A stretch of 64,000 bases of DNA, taken from Gracilinanus agilis (lineage: Eukaryota). The notes under the pieces were generated by a model. That model was given only the letters and a program-made list of their open reading frames with translations, did not search any database and was not told where the DNA came from. Made by a program: the position numbers and the translations under genes. This document shows positions 25,845 to 37,906 of this stretch, piece by piece. The first letter of the stretch is position 1; the number at the start of each line of letters is the position of its first letter. The DNA lies in NCBI RefSeq assembly GCF_016433145.1, contig NC_058132.1:388631499-388695498 (forward strand), given 5' to 3'.

Positions 25845-26330
25845 ATTTTATGTGTTTTCCCCAAAATGGCTGTACTGATTCACAGTTCCATCAACAATGC
25901 ATCAGAGTGCCTGCTGTCCCACATCCCTTCACTTTAATTCTTCCCATCTTCTGACAATTGGCTGGATGTGAAGTAAGACCTTAGGGTTATTCTTAATTGA
26001 ATTTCAATTATATTAATGATTTAGAGCAGTTTTTCATATGGTTCTTTATATTTTTCCAGTTCTTTTGAGAACTACTCATATCTTTTTTTTTTAAACCCTT
26101 GTACTTCGGTGTATTGTCTCATAGGTGGAAGATTGGTAAGGGTGGGCAATGGGGGTCAAGTGACTTGCCCAGGGTCACACAGCTGGGAAGTGGCTGAAGC
26201 CGGGTTTGAACCTAGGACCTCCTGTCTCTAGGCCTGGCTCTCACTCCACTGAGCTATCCAGCTGCCCCCTCATATCTTTTGACTATGATTTTTTGGGGGA
26301 ATTTGATTTTTGGATTTCATGAATTCATAT
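25845..26330 (-). mobile_element. Old L1 3' fragment interrupted by a SINE
   Basis: gattcacagttccatcaacaatgc...tgatttagagcagtttttcatatg continues after the SINE (gactatgattttttggggga). Confidence 0.65.
26087..26268 (-). mobile_element. Young SINE (SINE-1_MD-like) with 12-bp TSD
   Basis: Minus strand starts GGGGCAGCTGGATAGCTCAGTGGAGTG; TSD ctcatatctttt at 26075-26086 and 26269-26280. Confidence 0.9.
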
Positions 26331-27120
26331 TCATATTCATATATACATATATATATAAAATAAATTGTTTATAACATCAGAATATATATACATATATATG
26401 TAGGTATATATAACTTCTGGACATGTATGTGGGGGGAGTCCTTCACATTTCCATTCTTAGCCACGAAAGATGTGTGTGTGTGCATATATATATATATGTA
26501 TATATATGTATATATTAAACCTTTGAGTTTATTTTATGACTGTTACTCCCTTCATCTAACCTCCCTCTGATTTCCCCCCTTTCTCATAATAACATCACAA
26601 ATACATCTCCTGCTAAGGGTTTCAAGGGGTAGTATTCTTTTATATTTTTTAAATACTTACCTTTTGTCTTAAAAGCAACACTAAGTATAAGTTCTAAGGC
26701 AGAAGAGCAGTAAAGGTATGTATCTAAGAGAGTACTCTGGAGAGGTCTTATTAATATAATATGGAAAGAATGCCGGAAATAGAATATTCAGACAAAAAGA
26801 TTGTTAATGAACAACAAAGAGTAGTAATGGTGAGGAATCAATCAATTATAAAATTGTAAGGCAAGCAAAGGTTTTTGGAATTGTTCCCTTCTTTTCGACC
26901 AATGTATTCTCTTCCCATTTAATTCTTCATGTCCTTACTAATTGACAAACATTTCAATTCAATTTAATAAGTGGCTACTAAGCTCTGGGAATATAAAAAG
27001 CTGTAAAATATAGTGTGTAGCTTTGAGAAACTTATGATTTGAAAGAAAGACTTGTAACACTTTTACAGAAGTATTTTTTAAAAGGCTAGAAATATTTGTT
27101 GCAAAGGAATTAAGTTTCAA

Positions 27121-28470
27121 GGGCAGAGCCAACATGGCAGAATAGAAGCAATACAGCCAAACTTTTCCAACATTTCCTTCCAAACTAATTTAAAGTAATA
27201 CCTCAAGTTGAATTCTAGAAGGTCATATTCAACAAAAGGTCAGGGTGAGATGTTTTTCCATCCCAAAGAGAACTTAGAAGGGTAGAAGGAAAGGTCTGTG
27301 ATACTGAGATTGGGGTAGACCAAGAAAGTATGTGGCAACAGCAGCTATGGGACTTGGACAACTGACCAGAAAGAGACCACAAGGGACCCCTGTGCTAGCA
27401 CTGTGTTCGTGGCAGGGCACTGTTTGCCAATTCCATTAACTATACCCGCTTCTGGGTCACAGTTCCATGACAGAGAAGGACCACTTAAAGTCAAAATGTA
27501 AGAGGGATCCTGAGGGAGCAGTATTACTAACTGTTGCAAAGGAAGCATAAATGATATATATTACCAGATTACACCACCTTGGAAATACAAGATTACTTGG
27601 AAAATTTCCATGCCCAACTAGCACAACTAGCTCTAAAAATTACAGGAAGACAAAGGCTGAAGCTTGGAAATAGTGGCCCACACCAACCCCAGGAACAGAG
27701 TGGAACTTTAACAAATTTCAAAGTCAAGAAATAGGCTAGAAAATGAATAAAGTAACAACAAAAAAGGACCTGATTATAAAAAAAGACTACTATGATGACA
27801 GGGAAAATCAAGAAACAAACCTGGAAAAATGCAAAGGAGTCAAAACAGCTACCAGCAAGGTCTCAAAGAAAAAAATCAATAAGACAGTATCCAATAAGGA
27901 TTCCTAGAAGAGTTTAAAAATAAAATGCAAATGATAAGAGAAAAAATTGGAAAGGAAATGAAATCAATGAAAGAAAACTATAAAATGATAATGAGCAGTG
28001 TGATATATATAAAAGTTATCCAAAAAATCCTAAAAAAACCAAATCCAAACCCTTAAAAAAACACAGATTTGATCAAAGAGGGGGGAGGGGAGGGGGAAGG
28101 GGAAAGGTAGGAAAAATTCACTGAAGAAAACAATTCCTTCAAAATTGTGTTTAGGCAAATGGAAACTGATGACTCCTTGATACATCAAGGAACAATAAAA
28201 CAATCAAAAGAAGAAAATGTGAAACAACTGAATACAGGGGGAAATGACCTGCATAAAGGAGGAATATTTCCTAATAGAAGAAGGGGCCTATATATATTTC
28301 ATGAAATTAAGGAGGAAAGCTACCTTGATATCCTAGAATCAGAAGGTAAAATAGAAATTGAAAGAATCCACCAATCACTTCCTGAAAAAGTCCCCAAACT
28401 AAAACTCCCAGATAAATTAATAGCAAAATTTCAAAGCTCCTAGAAAGAAGTTAATGAGATGAACAGAATG
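27121..28470 (+). mobile_element. L1 5'UTR plus decayed ORF1
   Basis: Starts gagccaacatggcag; ORF1-like EGKIEIERIHQSLPEKVPKLKLPDKLIAKFQS at 28.3-28.44 kb. Confidence 0.75.
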
Positions 28471-28739
28471 AAAAAAAAATAGATATGATAGATCTCTGGT
28501 GAAAACTGAATGGAAATAGAAAGGAGTAAGTATGTTTCTTAGTTGTATATAGTACCTTCACAAATGTTGACTTTTATTAGGGCATAAAAACCTCACAATC
28601 AAAGGCAGAAAAGCAGAAATATTAAATATATCATTTCAGGTCAAAATACAATAAAATCATATCTAATAAAGGGCTATTGAAAGCATATAGGTAAAGTTAG
28701 TTATTGGGGGGAGGGGAGTCACTATGTTGAAGTAAAGGT

Positions 28740-29035
28740 AGGGAGTCTCCTGAACACTCTCAAATTCCCCTCCAAACAACTTTAAAATCATTCCTCAAAA
28801 TGAATTCTAGAGAGGTAGGACCAATGAAAAGATGGGGTAAAATAAATTTCCTTCACAAGAAAACTGCCTCATAGGGTGAGAGTAGAGCAAAGCGTAACAT
28901 AGACTATATTAGTACAGGTTATGTCCTAGCAAGCCAGCAACAGGACTTGTAAGTAGTTGAATAAGGAGAAGTAGCTACTAGAATATAGCCTATAGAAGAT
29001 AAGGGGGTTGGACAATTTGTCAAAAAATTACAAGG
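28740..29035 (+). mobile_element. Second L1 5'UTR fragment
   Basis: ccctccaaacaactttaaaatcattcctcaaaatgaattctag parallels 27175-27220. Confidence 0.6.
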
Positions 29036-29740
29036 GAGGTTGGCAGAGCCAAGGTGGAGGCTTAGTAGCAGCAAAAGCCAAAACTACTCTCGCTCTCCTT
29101 CCAAATCAGTCTTTAAAAAGCATTTCAAAACAACAAGAATCAAAGCCCAATACTAAGATGGAGTCAGGAGGCTCTCCTGCTGAACAGAACTTGAAAGTTA
29201 GGCAGAGTTGATTTTCATGGGATAAGGGGTAATGAAGCAGAACTGCACACAGAGGAGTGCTGGCTAAACACTCCCCACCCCCCTACTGTGCTAGTTTCTG
29301 TGATTTGGGCAGAGGCTATCAGGATACTGAGAGGGGGACTACACCTTGAAAAGAACATCTCAGATCCACTTCTTGAAGTCCCAGGCACTGGCACAGCCCA
29401 CATGAGGTCCAGAAATCCATCAGGATGGACCCTTTCAAGCCTCTGTGGCTGCTTTGAAGACAGCCTCAGGACATACTAGCAGAGGAGACAGAATTGGCAA
29501 GCAGCTTGTGGAATTCCCAGTCCACAGGCCTGCTAAACCCCCCAAAAAAGAGGCTGGTAAAATGAGCAAACAGAAAAAACACTCAATCCTTGAAAACTAC
29601 AGAAAAAAGAACAAAGAGCACAACCAACAGAGGATAGTGGGATCCAAGCAACTACAAGCAAAACTTTAAATATAAAACTGGAATTGGTCTCAAGCTCTGG
29701 GAGAACTCAAAAATGAATTTTAAAGTGATTTTAGGAAAAT
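29036..29740 (+). mobile_element. Third L1 5'UTR plus ORF1 start
   Basis: gcagagccaaggtggaggcttagtagcagcaaaa resembles the L1 5' end at 63466 (minus); ATG MSKQKKHSILENY at 29562. Confidence 0.65.
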
Positions 29741-30149
29741 AAAAATTACCAACATCAAGATATTTGGAGTGAACTTTTGGAAATAATGAATTGGGGGAGG
29801 GTATAATTACCATATATCTTGATTGTAAATTCTTGTGTCAAAGGGGAGGAGTGCCCTCTAATTGGCTTTTTGTCAATGCATCTATCAATCATTTTTGAGA
29901 TAGTGGAATTTCAAAGGGTGTCAGTGAGAAAGCATTAGGTCTTTTACTTCTTGAACTTCTTGAGGACTGACAGCACTACTGTAGAAGAGCATAATATCAG
30001 GTTAATCCTTCCTGAAAGGAAATCTACCTCTACCTCCATCTCCTCTATCTCCTCCCTCTCCCTCTCTCTCTTTTTCTCTCTCCCTCATCTCTCACCTCAA
30101 TTATATTAATAAGCCACGAAAACTAGCTGGATGTACTGCTTTTTTTTTT

Positions 30150-33100
30150 ATCATAACGTTATTTTCAACTGTGCTCAATCATCTCTTGGCTCTTCTCACT
30201 TCTCTTTGCATCAGTCCACACAGACCTTGCCAACTGGAAATAAATGACACTCTTTGAGTCCTTTGGCATAGTTTTGGATCATTGTTCTCCTGAAAATCGT
30301 TTTTATTCACAGTTGTAGTGTTTCTGACATTGCATACAGTGATCTCCTAATTCTGCATATTTCACTTTGATTCAGTTTTTGTAAATGTTTCCAGGTTCTT
30401 TTATTCTCCTCCTGCTTGTAATTTCTCATAGCACACTATTCTATATCATATAATGTAACTTAGCCATTCCACAATTGATGGGTATCCTCTCACTTTGCAA
30501 ATCTTTGCTCCTCTTAAAAAGAGCTGCTTTAAATAATTTTGTATATGTATAGGTCCTTCCTCTTTTAAAAAAATCTCTTTGGGATAGAAATTTAGTAATG
30601 CTGCTGCTTTGGTCAAAGTGTATGTACTGTTTTAAATCCCTTAGGTAAAGGTCTGAATTGCTCACCTGAATGACTGAATCAGATGACAATTCTCCCAACA
30701 ATGGATTCATATCCCTCCAAGTTTGTCATTTTATTTATTAGTTATAATGGTCAATTTGATAGGTGTGGGATGGTACCTCAGAGTTGTTTTAATTTGCATT
30801 TATCTAAATAATAGTGATTTAGAGTATTTTTGCATGATTATAGAGAGCTTTAATTACTTTGAGAATTACTTGTTCAAAATCTTTTGATCCTTTATCAATT
30901 AAGGAATGATTTGTATTCTTACATATTCAACTCAAAAAGTTTTTCACCATTATAATTACTGTACATTACTTTCCATTCTATTTAGTCCTGTTTAGTTTCT
31001 GACCTTCCCCTCCCCCAATTTGCCCCCTTTTCTGTCAGCTCCATTACCCCCTTCTCTTATCCCCTTCTCTACTACTTGCCTATAGGGTAATATAGCTTTC
31101 TATACCCAATTAATCTCAAATGTTCTTCCCTCATTGAGCCAAATCTGATGAGTAAGGTTCACATGATTCCCCACCCCCAGCTATCCCATCTTCCCCTCCA
31201 CTGTGAATGCTGTTTCTTGTCTCTTTTATGTGCATTAATTTACCCCATTCTATTTTCCCTTCCCCCTCCTTCTAATGCATTCCTATTTCTCATACCTTAA
31301 TTTTTTATATCATCCCATCTTATTCAACTCATACCCTTTCCCCTTTGTCTATATATACTACTTCTAATTGCTCCAATGAGAAAATTCTTTGGTATTATAA
31401 GAATCACCTTCCCATATAGGGATGTACACAATTTAATCTTATTTAATATCTTTTTATTTATCTTTCCTGCTTATATTTTCACGATTCTCATGAGTCTTCT
31501 ATTTGAGTATCAAATTTTCCATTCAACTCTGGTCTTCTCATTAGGGATATTTGAAAATCCTCTATTTCTTTGAATACCCATTTTTTCCCTTGAAGTTTTT
31601 CTGCTCATTTTTTCTGGATAAGTAATTCTTGGTTGAAGTCCTATGCCCTCTGGAATAGTAAAATCTAGGCCTTCTAGTCCTTTAATATAGAAGCTGCTAA
31701 GTCTTGTGTTATCCTGACTCTGGCCTGTATTTGAATTATTTATTTTTAGTTGCTTGCAATATTTTCTCCTTTATCTTGGATTTCTGGAATTTTTACTACA
31801 ATATTCCTGGAAGTTACCCTTTTGGGATCTCTTTCAAAGGTTGATCAATGGACTCTTTCAATTTCTATTTTGTCCTTTGGTTTTAGAAATATTGGAACCA
31901 TTTTTTCTTGATAATTTCTTGAAAGATAATGGCTAAGCTTTTTTTTGTGATCATGGCTTTGAGGTAGTCTGATAATGCTTGAATTATTATCTCTCCTGGA
32001 TTTATATTCCACATCAGTTGTTTTTTTCCATGAGAAATCTCACATTTTCTTCTATTTCTTCATTTTCTTGAATTTATTTGTTTCTTGATGTCTCATGGAG
32101 TCATTATTTTCCACTTGCCCAATTCTGGTTTTTAAATCATGCTTTTTTAAAAAGAGCTTTTATAATTCCTTTTCCATTTGGCCAATTCTACTTTGTTGAG
32201 GTTTCTTTTCCTCAGTGATTTTTTGTACTTCTTTTCCCCAAGAACCAATTCTGTCTTTCACTTCAGTACACTTTTTGTCTATCTTTTTTCATTTGTCCAA
32301 TTATTCTTTTTAAGAAGCTCTTTTATTGTTTGTATTTTTTGCCTCTTTTACCAATTTCCTTATTTTATTTTTAAGGTATTAATTTCTTCAGTATTTTTGT
32401 GCCTCCTTTACTAAGTTGTTGGCTCTTTTTTAATGACTTTCCTGTACCACTTTCATTTCTTTTCCCAATTTTTCTTCTTTGTCATTTATTTGATTTTTAA
32501 AATCATTTTTGAGCTCATATATTCTTTTAGGGCTTTAGAACAATTCACATTTTTTGAGGCTTTGAATGCAGAAGTATTGACTTTACTGTCTTCTTCTGAT
32601 TTGGAGTCTGCTCTGTCACCAAAATAACTTTCTATGCTAAGTTTCTTTTTTGTTTGTTTGTTTGCTCATTTTCCTGCATCTTCTTTTATTTTAGTTTAAA
32701 AAAGAACAACTGTTAAAGTTGGGGTCTGTGACTGGTGAAGGGAACACTATTCCAACCTTCAGGTTTATTGTGCAGGTCCTTTCAAAACAGACACTGTGCT
32801 TCTATCTGTTCTCATTTCTTCCAAGTTATGATGTAAAGAGAGAAGTGTTTATTATTCTCCAGGGCTGAACTCTGGCATGTGAATAACTCCAAGCACTGTT
32901 TTCTCCCTTGAAACCATGACCAGGGTCCCCTGCTCCTCTATGGCTACAAGTGCTAATATATGCTGGTTTCCTTCTCATGCTACAGCTGTGCCCCACGACT
33001 GCAAGTTGTTTCTGTGTATTAGCAGTGAAACAAAAGTCTTTCACTCAGAACCAGCAAAGAGACTTCTGTAATCTCCTTCTGAGCCATTGTTCCAACCCCC

Positions 33101-33380
33101 TTGCTGTCTGTGACTGGATGATCTGGAAGGCATGGCTGCTGTTTCAGTGGTGCTCAGGGTCTGTTCCCTAGGTGAGGTCTACCTTGGAACACTGCAGTAA
33201 ATGTCCATCTTCACAAATAAGATCCCTCAAACCAGGCTTCTAAGTTGTTTGGGGCTGAAAAATTACTTCACCTTGCCTTTTTGTGTGTTATTTTGTCCCA
33301 GAATTAGTTTTGAGGCATTTTTAGAGATAATTTAGTAGAAATCAAATAGATCTCTGTCCTTTGTCTGCCATCTTGGCTTT
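30150..33380 (-). mobile_element. L1 with 5'UTR, ORF1, spacer and 3' end but almost no ORF2 (HAL1-like layout)
   Basis: 5' end gccaagatggcag at about 33378 (minus); ORF1-like 31.4-32.6 kb; spacer 30.96-31.4 kb abuts ORF2-end/3'UTR 30.15-30.95 kb. Confidence 0.7.
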
Positions 33381-33639
33381 GCCCCATTCTCCCAAGTTAT
33401 TTGTTAAGTACTCAGTGTTCAATTAGAATGTATATTAACTGTGGCCCTCAGTGAAGTATTTGAGTCAAATGGTTCTTGTGATAGAAGGCCTAGAAGAGTA
33501 GGCTTAAATGATGCTTCTGAACCAGTATCCAATTGAAGAACAGGTTGACCAGAGAGTACACATTTCTACCTGCATGGTGGTTATTAGGAAATACCACAAA
33601 ATGTTTGCTTTAGGAAAGAATTCCTTATATAAAATTCCA

Positions 33640-34262
33640 ATAAATGGACATTTATTTCATTAGGTTATGAGGACTCAGAGATTTTGCCACACACAACAGA
33701 AATGGATCAATTGTTCTTACTATATGTCCATGTTCAAGAAATATTTCTTGAATGCATACCTTTTGATCCAGTAATACCACTACTTGATCTGTATCCCTAA
33801 AAGATTTTTATAAAGGGAAAGGACCTATTTACACAAAAATATTTATAGCTGCACTTTTTGTGGTGGCAAAGAATTGAAAACTAAAGGGAGGGATGTCCCT
33901 CAATTGGGGAATGGCTGAACAAATTTTAGTATATGATGGTAATGGAATACTATTGTGCTATAAGGAATGATGAAAAGGATGATTTATGAAAGAGTTGAAA
34001 AGATCTACATGAAGTGATGCAGAGTAAAATACATGGAACAATCAAATGTGATAGACTTTGCTACTGACAGTAACACAATAGTCCAGGTCAATTCTGAGGG
34101 ACTTGTGAAAAAGAATGCTATCCACCTCTGAAAAAAGAACTGTTGGGATTAGAAATGCAAATGCAAACATTTGATTTATAATTTGTTTATTTGGGTATAT
34201 AATTTGGGGTTTTGGTTTAATGAGATTGTTCACTTAGAATGAGTATGTAGATAAATGAAATA
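33640..34262 (+). mobile_element. L1 3' end fragment
   Basis: gcatacc-tttgatccagtaataccactactt...ggaatactattgtgctataaggaatgatg canonical ORF2 end/3'UTR. Confidence 0.8.
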
Positions 34263-34762
34263 AATGTTTTTTGAATTCATTAAGCAAAATAAAGCACTCT
34301 GCAAGTTTGTACTTTAGCTCACAATGTTGAAATAAAAAGAAAATCACAATTAAGAGATTTTCTTTTTCCATCTAATCTAATCTGTTCCTAGATTATCCCT
34401 CCTCAATCTCTTTAATCTTTTTCCTGCCTCACTGCTGATTATGAGCTTTGTCCCTTCCATGGACACTGTGCTCAAATGATATCAATATCTTCTTAAGCTC
34501 AAGACATACTTTAAATGGTAGAGAATTATACTACAGTCCCATCCCATGTAGTATGTTTATAATCTATTGGCAGTTCTAAGATATTTCTCATCATAAATTC
34601 CATTGTATTAGAGCAGAAATGAACATCAAGCCATTCACCTTAAGGGTTGAGGGGTAATACTTTGGTAAGAAAATTTAAGTACTGACCTATTTGTCTCCTA
34701 AAAAAGGATGTGCTTGGGAGGCAGGATAAAGGAAAGATAAAACCAAAAAATAATGAACTTCT

Positions 34763-35210
34763 TTATATAATGTTCTCCTGGATCTGCTCCTTTCACTCTG
34801 CATCAATTCCTAGAGGTCATTCCAGTTCACATGGAATATTATATACAGAGACTGATACACTGTGGTACTTTTGAACATAATGAACTTCTCTACTAGCAGC
34901 AATGCAAAGGTCCACAACAATGCTGAGGGACTTATAAAAATACTATCCACATTCAGAGGAAGAACTGTGGGAGTAGAAACAGAAGAAAAACAACTGCTTG
35001 AACACATGGGCTGATGGGGATATTATTGGGGATGTAGATGCTAAATGATCACTCTAGTCCAACTATCAATAATATGGAATTAGGTCTTAATCAATGATAC
35101 ATGTAAAACCCAGTGGAATTGTGTGTCGGCTATGGGGGGGGGGGAGTTTGGGAGAGAGGGAAAGAACATGAATTATGTAACCATGGGAAAATATTAAAAA
35201 TTAAAAAACA
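34763..35210 (+). mobile_element. 5'-truncated L1 with 5' inversion (twin priming)
   Basis: 34764-34837 is the reverse complement of the L1 segment preceding the forward part 34838-35210; A-rich tail; candidate TSD aacttct at 34756-34762 and 35211-35217. Confidence 0.8.
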
Positions 35211-35249
35211 AACTTCTAGATTAAGAAACTCCCTGTATCACTGAGGTTT

Positions 35250-35433
35250 TTTTTAAAACCCTTAACTTCTGTGCATTGGTTCCTTGGTGGAAGAGTGGTA
35301 AGGGTGGGCAATGGGGGTCAAGTGACTTGCCCAGGGTCACACAGCTGGGAAGTGTCTGAGGATGGATTTGAACCTCAGACCTCCGGTCTCTAGACCTGAC
35401 TCTCAATCCACTGAGCTACCCAGCTTCCCCCTC
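35250..35433 (-). mobile_element. Young SINE (SINE-1_MD-like) with 11-bp TSD
   Basis: Minus strand GGGGAAGCTGGGTAGCTCAGTGGATTGAGAG; TSD cactgaggttt at 35239-35249 and 35434-35444. Confidence 0.9.
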
Positions 35434-37850
35434 CACTGAGGTTTGGATATCTTCTCATTATATTATACTGACAGATACCTAAATCACATAGAAGTTCAAT
35501 GAAATATTTAGTTTTCCAATAACAAATATATGTCTTATTGCTCCTTGTTCTACAGGACTCTTAACATTTATTCCTTAAAGACATTGAGAGCATGACCAAA
35601 TTTTAGTAGGATTCAGCTGTTTCAGATTTCAGTGAGACGATCAGAATCAATGATCCCTTCTGACATCCTTTCTTGCTCTAGAATATTATTTCCTTTTTTC
35701 TGTCTCTAAAAATCCACAGCTCCTCTCACTCCACCATAAATACAATATCCTAGTTAGATTCCAATGTGTGATTCTTTGAGAACCATCCATGCATAGGAAC
35801 TTGCAAAGGCTATGCTTGAACAAAACAGGAGAATCCATTTCAAGTGTTAAAAGGAGAGTCATTATTATACAATCCCAAATCCATACTAGTGGCCCAAACT
35901 CCCTGCATCTAAGGTTCCTTTTTCAACTGGTCTTTTCAAAGTCCTTTTTGTCCAAGAAAAATGTCAGAATTTAACAGATACTTTATGCATAGATTGAATA
36001 GACTTTTGTTGATTTAGCCCAATTAACTCTTATGAAACATATTCCTGTCAAAGAATATTCTTAAATTACTTGAGAATTCAGGCCATGTCAATAATCATCT
36101 CTCATTCCTTAGCATTCCTGACCAAAAATGTGTCTTACCCATATTTGCTATGGCTTTGTAATTGATGCCACAGAAAGTTTTAGATTTCTGCTCCTTTGTT
36201 CCTTGAGAATTGCCTTGGATTCACTGTGTACTTATTATGCACATTGAAGAATAAATGCATTTTCATTGGTGGTGGGGTTCAGGTCTTAAGAGGCATTGCA
36301 GGGTATCCGTATAAGGAACTTGCCAAGTTCACCAGTTCATCCAATCAACCATACTTTAGGGAATTATTAACTTAGAAAATTGCCTGACATTTCTTATTCT
36401 AAATGATTCAGGGATTTGTATTTGAACTTTTTATTATGGAGTCTATTAGAGTTGTGAATACCACAAATTTATCTCAAGAGTCTAAACATGGAGGGATTGA
36501 ACAAGATTTAACTGAACAAGGCATTGAGAATCTTTATGGATGCTGAGCAGCTGATTTAAAACATAGATACATAAGAATTAGCTTTTTATTGAGAACCAAG
36601 GGGCAAACACAATAGCAGCATTCAAAATGGAATAGGTCAATGATGGCAAAAGTAGATCATATCACACTCATTCCATTTTCTTGGTGGTCTTTAAAAATAG
36701 GACTCTTCATTTGCTGACCAAGAATCATAAAGCTCCATGGAATTTTATTCTTTAGGATAAATTTTTTTCTATAGCCTTTGAGTTTAGTGAGGACACCTAA
36801 TAGTTCTGTTGTGGATTGTAGATATTAGGTCAATTGTGTTTCATGATGGCAGGCTAATGAGATTGGGCATTAATTATTCTCTTGAAGGAATGTAAATTTA
36901 AAGTCTATATATAGCAGAAAAGATACATATCAACCTGAAGGATGTTATAATCATGTGATTTAGGTAAAAGACCATTGCTTATAAAATTCCAATTTATTGA
37001 GAAATATGATGGCACAATATCTCATTTTGCCAATGTAAACATAAATTCATTATTTTCCTATAAGTTCAGTTAATTCAAGAGAAAAGAAAAAAATTCTCGA
37101 AATGCGTTCTTTACCTTACAACATTGAAATAAAAAAGTATAAATGAAAAGTTATGCTTAAAAGTTTATTTTTCAATATCTGAATGGGAATGAAAGGGAAT
37201 TAATTTTAGCTTTAATTTAATATGTAATTCATTCAGGATTGTACCTACTCTCATTATCTTACTTCATTTCCTTCCTCCCTCAGGGCTGATGATTCCATGT
37301 TGCTTCCAAAGACACCATGCTTAGAAAACACTAAAGATTTCTTACACTCAAGACAGTTTGAATGGTAGAGATAATCCTGCCATCTCATTATATAATATAA
37401 TCAATTGGTAATTTCAGTATATTTCTCATTATGAAGACTATTGTTTTAGAGAAGAGATATCATTCAACTTTAATCTTAAAGAAGTTGGAAGGGTGCTCTT
37501 TGGGAAGATAGCAAAGGTATTGTTGATCTATTCATCTCCTGAAAAGTGCCAAAAAAAAGGGTACCTATGAGTCAGTCACTTTTCAGAGACAAAAAGTAGC
37601 TAAGGATGATGATAGAAAGTGTAAGTGCACTGATATCAGGAATTCTCATACAAAAACTTCTACTAATTAAGTTGAACTTTAGGCATCTTCTTGCCATTTT
37701 ATACTGACAGATGCCTTAAGCACATATAGGTTCAATGAGTTATTTAGTAGTCTAGAAGTAAATGTACATATTAGAGGCTGAAATGATCCTTGTTCTTTGG
37801 GACTTGTGGGTAGACCTTTACTTAATTCCTGTTTGACATTGGGGGTGGGG

Positions 37851-37906
37851 TGGGCTAGAGTGGTCTTTTTTGGGCTAGAGTGGTCTTTTTTGGGCTAGAG
37901 TGGTCT
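37851..37906. repeat. 20-bp tandem repeat, about 2.8 copies
   Basis: tgggctagagtggtcttttt twice, then tgggctagagtggtct, with no mismatches. Confidence 0.95.
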
